The translations under genes and the position numbers were made by a program. From Balanoglossus misakiensis (lineage: Eukaryota; Animalia; Hemichordata), in contig CM082584.2 in the NCBI GenBank assembly GCA_040954595.2, positions 5,584,110-5,648,109 of the forward strand: 64,000 nucleotides of DNA, read 5' to 3'. Positions 57,633 to 64,000 of this stretch are shown here, piece by piece. Below the pieces are notes generated by a model, which saw only the letters and a list, made by a program, of their open reading frames with translations, was not told the DNA's origin and searched no databases. Each line of letters begins with the position of its first letter. Positions within the stretch are counted from its first letter, which is position 1.

Positions 57633-60600
57633 ATGGCACCGGTGAGGATTGAAGATGTCGTGGCGGTAACTCTAACAGTATTCGCCGTTGTTGCTCTTAT
57701 TTTTGACGGGGTGCTGTTTTTGCTTCACTTCCTGTCTATTATTTATTGGTAAGTGTGAATCGCTGTGTTTGTTTGTACGTTTCATAATTGATACTTTGTA
57801 GCGGTACGTGTGTCTATTTACAGCTGGGGCCAGGCTTACGTTACGCGCGCTGTATAGTACTGGGTCAGGGAGTTTTACTGGACGTCGTCTGCAGGCATCT
57901 CTGATGGACATCAGATATCCACCAGCGATTCACCGACAGACATTTGTTCTCAAGATAGTCACATTTTTATAAAACTTTCAGTAGACATTGTACGATCGAG
58001 AGCTTGATCAGTCGAATGAATCGGAAAAGGTCTGAGGTACGTCCTTGCATTTTACGTCCATGGTCCTTGGGTGATGAGACGGGGTGTTTCTCAAAGTGAA
58101 CACGATTTTCGATTTTGACTCCACCCTCACTCGGCTGTCTTTGACCTATCGTATCAGCACATCCGCATATCTGTGATTCGTCATGTGTTAATCAATGACA
58201 CAGGCATCAGAGTATAGTATTCTGATGACAGTTATTCTATAACTTAGTATAAGTAAACATTCCCATCAAAATGTTGCAAAACCATTGTAGGGACAGTACT
58301 ATGACACTGGTGTAGGCATAAAGCAAGGACATATTACTAGAGATGGAAGTATAATATAATATTTATTTGCCAGAAATTGTAAACGCTTATAATACAAGCT
58401 TCGATAGTCTCGGACAGAATACAAGATTTTTGCATCAAGAATATCTTTCATATTTCATATAATTTAAATATACAACACACACTATCAGAAAGTTTCGTAA
58501 GGTACAGTAAATTCCTTTTAAAATATAGAAATACAAGAGATACTTCTGTTAATCAGATTTCTGGCTGGAGCCGCAAAAATAGTTCCTTGGAAATTGAAAA
58601 CATGCATGCCTATCACTCGCTTGGCCCCACGTTTAGGGTAGCCACTGTATATGTGTGTAGTTTTACAAGTCAACGTTCAAGGTGCCTGTCTAGATGCAAA
58701 TGGAATATACAGATAAGTTTTCAGATTCGGTACAGGAATATTTAATTCACCTAAACTTCAGTGGGAAAGTCCTTCCAAATATTAGATCTTTTGAAACTAT
58801 TTTTTTTCTAACGTCAGATTGATATAATGTTAAAAGTTGTCCATACTATGGTGTGTTCATGGAATCTGTACTAAAGCACTGATCAGTCAATTCAGACATG
58901 TTTTTGAAGGTGAATCACTGAATGTGTAGTCAGTTATATAGTTAGCAGTCAACATCTTGACTAGATATGAGGCATAAAACGAAATGTATTGCAAAGCAAC
59001 ATAATTAAGTCTCTCTGGCCTTGTGTGCAAGGCCCGTGTACTTCAGCCTGCGACCACATGGCACTACTGAATGTACATGACCATGCTTTCTAAGTAGGGG
59101 TCATTTCCATAATCCATCTTGTGTGATACTAATGCAAAATACTGTATTTTGACCAGAAACTATAACTATAAATCATGAACAACGTTTTCCCGCGGCAAAA
59201 AATGACAGTTGATAATGATGGAATTTAGAAAATGATTAACTTGATCGTCCTCTCAGATATAATTCACATGATCTAATTGATAATTTTATTAGGTATGCAT
59301 ACCTTATCTGGTGAATTGTAGGGTAATGTTCAACTCATAAGCATGTTGAAATCTGAGGTTCAATGCTCACATGTTTAGTTCCTGACTCTCTCTCTCTCTA
59401 GCATTATGTATTGGAATATCTTACTCAGATTTCTGTAGAAATATGACATGTAGCATTCAGAAAGTATAGAAATGAGACAAATGTATTCAAAATAGACATG
59501 TGTGATGTAATCAAGGTTCAATTGTGGACGTCGACTCACAAGCTATTCTGTATAAATTTTATTCTTCAACCATCTGAGTTATATCAGCTTTTACATATTG
59601 AAATTTATCAGCCTGAATAGCAGTGGTGGTAAAAATTTATAGGTGTTTGTATAGGAAATACTTCAGGGTAATTTGTGGCTGTTATAATTCATATATTGTG
59701 TTTATCAGTGCAAACAGTTAATCCATTATAAGTATGTAACTATTTGCTTTTGTAAAAGTTTTACATGTAGCTGATAATACCAGTAAGGGGGTTCAGACTG
59801 GACAGTTTACGGCGGTGTAGCACCGGTGCTGGGCCAGGGCCGGTGTAAAATAACCAATGTGAACACGCTGCGTCTGCCTAGTGGCAATTTGGTCCCCGTA
59901 GGATGGGAGTTCAGGACCGACGTAAAATCTGGACCGACGCAATTTGTGTGTGTGGACACATTAAATCAGCCTTCATGTAGGAAAAAATCTAATAAAGCAT
60001 TTATTGGACAATAAAATTTTTGATGTCAGGGCATAGCTTGTAAAATGTAAGATTCATTAGGGAGCAAAGGTTGATGGAAACAAGTATAAGATGCTTTCCT
60101 TTGAGATCTTACCAACCATGGATTTAAACAGAATTTCCATGCAAGCTACAAGTCTTTGCCTTCCAGTGATATTGATATTGTTTAGAATGGGTTTCTTCCC
60201 ATTGGCCATAACAAACAGTTGCCATTGGAGATAGAAAAATATTTATTTATCCCCTTAGGAACACTGCAACATGAGAAGAATGTATTGTCAAATTGATAAG
60301 TTACCTTTATTGAACACGCTCTCTCAAGGTCTTCATCTTGATGGTTTGTTCTCAAATTTTAAGCAACAAAATGAAATCAAGATTCAGGTTTAACACTTCA
60401 AAACTTAAACCCTTTCACCTCAATTCTCTCGGCGGAGGTTCAAACTTTACCAAAGAAAACAATGAGGGTATTTCTTCTATAGCATCAGTTCACGCTCAAA
60501 GCCAATGTGGTGTGCTTCTTATTACACAATCTTGAATATTTCCCATATTACCTTTTTATGAAATGTTTGTTAAGATTGAACAGATGTCATTACAGCATTT

Positions 60601-61870
60601 ACATTCCCTGGAATACGTAACATCTATACTGAGTACTGGTACATTTCATAGGGCCACCGTACCCGCACGTATGCGAGCGTATGACCCTTCCAAATACCTT
60701 TTTACAGATGATATGTGTGGGAGCTTTCTTTAAAATTAGATTTTATGTATAAATTTATGACATTCTCATCACAATCGAACAGGACTATGCAAATGTACAA
60801 CCAGAGCAGACAATAGTGAGGATGGTTAGCAGAGTTGTAATATCATGTTACATTGTCGTAAACCATGACCTCTTTACGGCAACAGATTCTCTGTTTAGCA
60901 GAGGTAGATGACTCTGGCTAGCGAGGATGGCTTGTTATAGCTATAGGGTAGGGTGTGAGGAAATATTTTTCATTAAAAGTAATGTTTTCTTCTAGCAGAT
61001 AACTTTGGTATACGATTGGCTGGTTTTACTAGCCGTATAGTTTTATAGCCATATGATAATTTCAATGATGTTCCTGATGAATTTCATGTCACGTTTATAT
61101 CTTTGCAGTCGGATACATTGTAATAGGAAACCAGTAGGCTATGTCAGAGAAGAACTGCCAGGAGTCTCAATACTTAAACCATTGGTTGGAGTTGATCCAA
61201 ACTTAGCTGAGAATTTAGAGAGTTTCTTCAGACTTGATTATCCAAAGGTAAGTCCTACAATTGTGTTAATTTAAACCTTCCAAGAAATTTCTCAGTATAA
61301 CTAACAATTAACTTTTCAATGGATGCTAAAGCTGGTGAGTACTCTGAGTGCCCATTGCAGTCTATTATGTGATTTTTAAAGCCCAATGAGCTGCCACCTA
61401 AAGCATATTTTTTCATAATAAAATACTTTGATCTTCCTTTTCATTGACGGACGACTCCATTTTGAAATTTGTGAAGATTCAGATACAAATGTATGCACAT
61501 GCATATGCTGCCATATATAGCTGCCGCAACAGTACTAGTAGGCTTAATATATGGGTGATGCACCCTTTTATTATTTAACTTGTTCACAATTAAACATGTG
61601 TAGTCACAATTACAAAATATGTTTTTGCATTCCAATCAGGAACTGCTTTGCTCTGCAGTATGGTATATTCTATGTTTGAAAGTAAAATCATGAAAATAAT
61701 GCAAAAAGTGGCAGCTCAATTCATGCATTCAAAATATCTTGACAAAACGTTCAAAATTGCATTTCAGTATGAACTATTACTTTGTGTTCATGAAGAATGT
61801 GATCCAGCTATTAGTATCATCCGACCGTTGATGGAAAAATATCCCCACGTAGATGCAACGCTGTTTATAG
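57633..61870 (+). CDS. UGCG: Ceramide glucosyltransferase (GT21), first 3 coding exons; the gene presumably continues beyond the window
   Basis: Exons 57633-57748 (N-terminal TM ..LHFLSIIY), 61109-61247 ([31 protein letters not shown]), 61768-61870 ([27 protein letters not shown]). Confidence 0.95.
59786..59857. repeat. Dispersed repeat fragment in UGCG intron 1, homolog of 9266-9338
   Basis: Reverse-complement match to 9266-9338. Confidence 0.75.
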
Positions 61871-64000
61871 GTAAGCAATATATCTGGCTGTCACATTTCT
61901 TGCAACCACGGTAATTGTCATGTCATAATGGTGATTTCACCACCAAATTCACACACAGGAACTCATAATCAGCAGTGTTTTCATTTTGTCAACAGGTTCT
62001 CTATCCAGCAACATTGTATTTGTAGCTTCAATCATTTCACCACATTGTCGTTATGCTGGTAATGCCACATCATGTGTATATAGTACAGTGTCATATACGT
62101 GTAGTTCTAGCATATACACCAACCAAATGTGATGAGAAAAGCTTGTCAAAATTCTAATACATCCGTAAACAAATGAGTACACACATTTTCACAACTTACA
62201 CAGAAAAAAAAGAACTTTACCATATTTTCAGGGGTGAGAGTAAAAGGAAAGACCCCCTTACCCCTGAAAATATGAAAGCTTTCTCATATTTTTATGTGCT
62301 GCACTTTCAAAGAGTATTTTCATTGTAAATTAGAACTTAGTCTTAATTTTGCAAAACATTTAAATCGACCGTAATAATAGTCATGTAACTCCTTGATATT
62401 CCTCCCCAGAAGTAGTTCATTCCAGTCAGTTTCAATGGTGTGGGTGTATGACAAAATGAACGGGGGTGGGGAGGGGGCTATAAGCAGAAGGCAGTATCAG
62501 ATTCTTGGAAATGCAATCTCTGGAGTATAACGTGCACATGCATAGTTTCCACTCGAAAACTAATCATCCCTCATTATGATTAATTATGCCTTTGTCTCTT
62601 ATCAAGGTTTTCCATAATTGCTGCCTTCATAAATCATGACAATGGCTCTTAATTTGAATATGAATTGAATTACCATAGCAATGAATTAGAATTTACAAAG
62701 GATTGATTATAACTGCATGAAAATGGTTTTAATCAGTTTCCGTGTGTGCAATATAACAAATATGCATTGGGATGTTCTTCTGGGAGAGTCTGCTAAGGAG
62801 GTCTAATTAGTATATGATAAAAAATAATCTGACATGGCCACATCATAGTAGACTAGTAGCATTTCCACAGCATCTGTGTGTGTGTAATTCTCTCGTATTC
62901 CACATCGTATGAACTTTCACATAGAAACATTATAAACGTGGTGCCAGGATTATTTGCAAAATGTCATATAAATCATAGCAGATATGCATACGGATCCTGA
63001 AACGTACGCCATATTGTTGATTACCAAAGTATGCTGCAGTATACAATGTACTGTATTACACCCTGGTATTTCTTAGCGCAGTCCATATTCAGGTATTCAG
63101 TTGCTGTTGGCTGAAAAGAAAAAAAAAAGAACTGAAGAGGGATCAAAATGACTTATATAAGACCTATGTATATTTTCATTTTACAAAAACAGCAAAACCT
63201 GTATATAATCATTTCTTTGAATGAAACACAATGTGATCCTTGTCCGACATAAGCTTCAAAAAAAGGTTTCAGGTTAATTAGTAATTAATTTAACCAACGT
63301 ATTTGTGCGTCACTTCTGTTTTGTGGGCGACCTTTTCATTCCCATCAAAAACGAAAATTACACATTACGTAAAATGTGTAAATCTGTATTTTTTGAAAAA
63401 AATGTACTGGACAATAAAGAATGGTCGGATATTTTGAAAATAATCATTGGTTCCTAAAATTCTCATATTTTTAATTATCAACAGTTCAGCTGCAATTTCA
63501 TTCGCCATCACCATTATCACAACATTAAGCTTTGAAATACAGTTCATAATCCACCTTAACATTTTGGTGTTGGGAGTAAAACTGAACTCATCAGTCGATA
63601 AAATCTGACAGTTTTCAATTTTGGAAGAACCGATCGGCTAATAAGATAATGTCTTACAGGAGAACGTTGCGCAGACACCGACAGCGGCCATCGACATATC
63701 CCGATAGGTTTGTCCTTTTTTATATTTTATTACTGTGTGTGTACCTCAGGATGCCATGGCGATTCTATCAACATGCCAAGTGTATGACATCATAGTCTGT
63801 AATAGAGACAATAGAATGGTTGAACCGTGGAAACAGTTTTTGTTTGCTTGTACCAGAGCGAGTTCAGAGGAAGATAGTGACTGGTACAACATAACTGTTC
63901 TCCATGACCTCATAGTGTATCCAGATTAGCATCGTGAACTTTGGAGTGTGTAGACCCGACAAACAACGGTCAGAGAGAAATAAATTCATGGTAAACGAGT

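Overview
AT-rich, intron-dense animal DNA. The gene content and TTAA/TWA MITE types suggest an invertebrate deuterostome, but that is inference. There are no prokaryotic features and no CRISPR array. From left to right: (i) a tandem cluster of Tie-like receptor genes on the minus strand, made of one complete 29-exon gene (4671-22794, about 1495 aa; Ig-Ig-EGFx4-Ig-FN3x4-furin site-TM-tyrosine motifs-single D2-type pseudophosphatase domain, with a second leader exon at 23441-23489), a 3-exon truncated paralog (1855-3307), and the leader exon of another copy running off the left edge; (ii) BABAM1 (-) head-to-head with TMEM259/membralin (+); (iii) SHOC1 (-) head-to-head with UGCG (+, partial). The strongest candidate for an undescribed system is the receptor cluster: a Tie ectodomain on a D2-only PTP with ITAM/ITIM-like motifs, a distal Ig domain dominated by amino-acid-changing differences between paralogs, and a possible secreted two-Ig decoy. 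Other notable items are a Harbinger-type MITE inserted twice at the same base of a GTAAGT splice donor without destroying it, and a 28-nt intronic inverted copy of an exon segment. Exon models were built by hand from GT-AG sites and reading frame. Homology calls rest on remembered family sequences; no database search was run.
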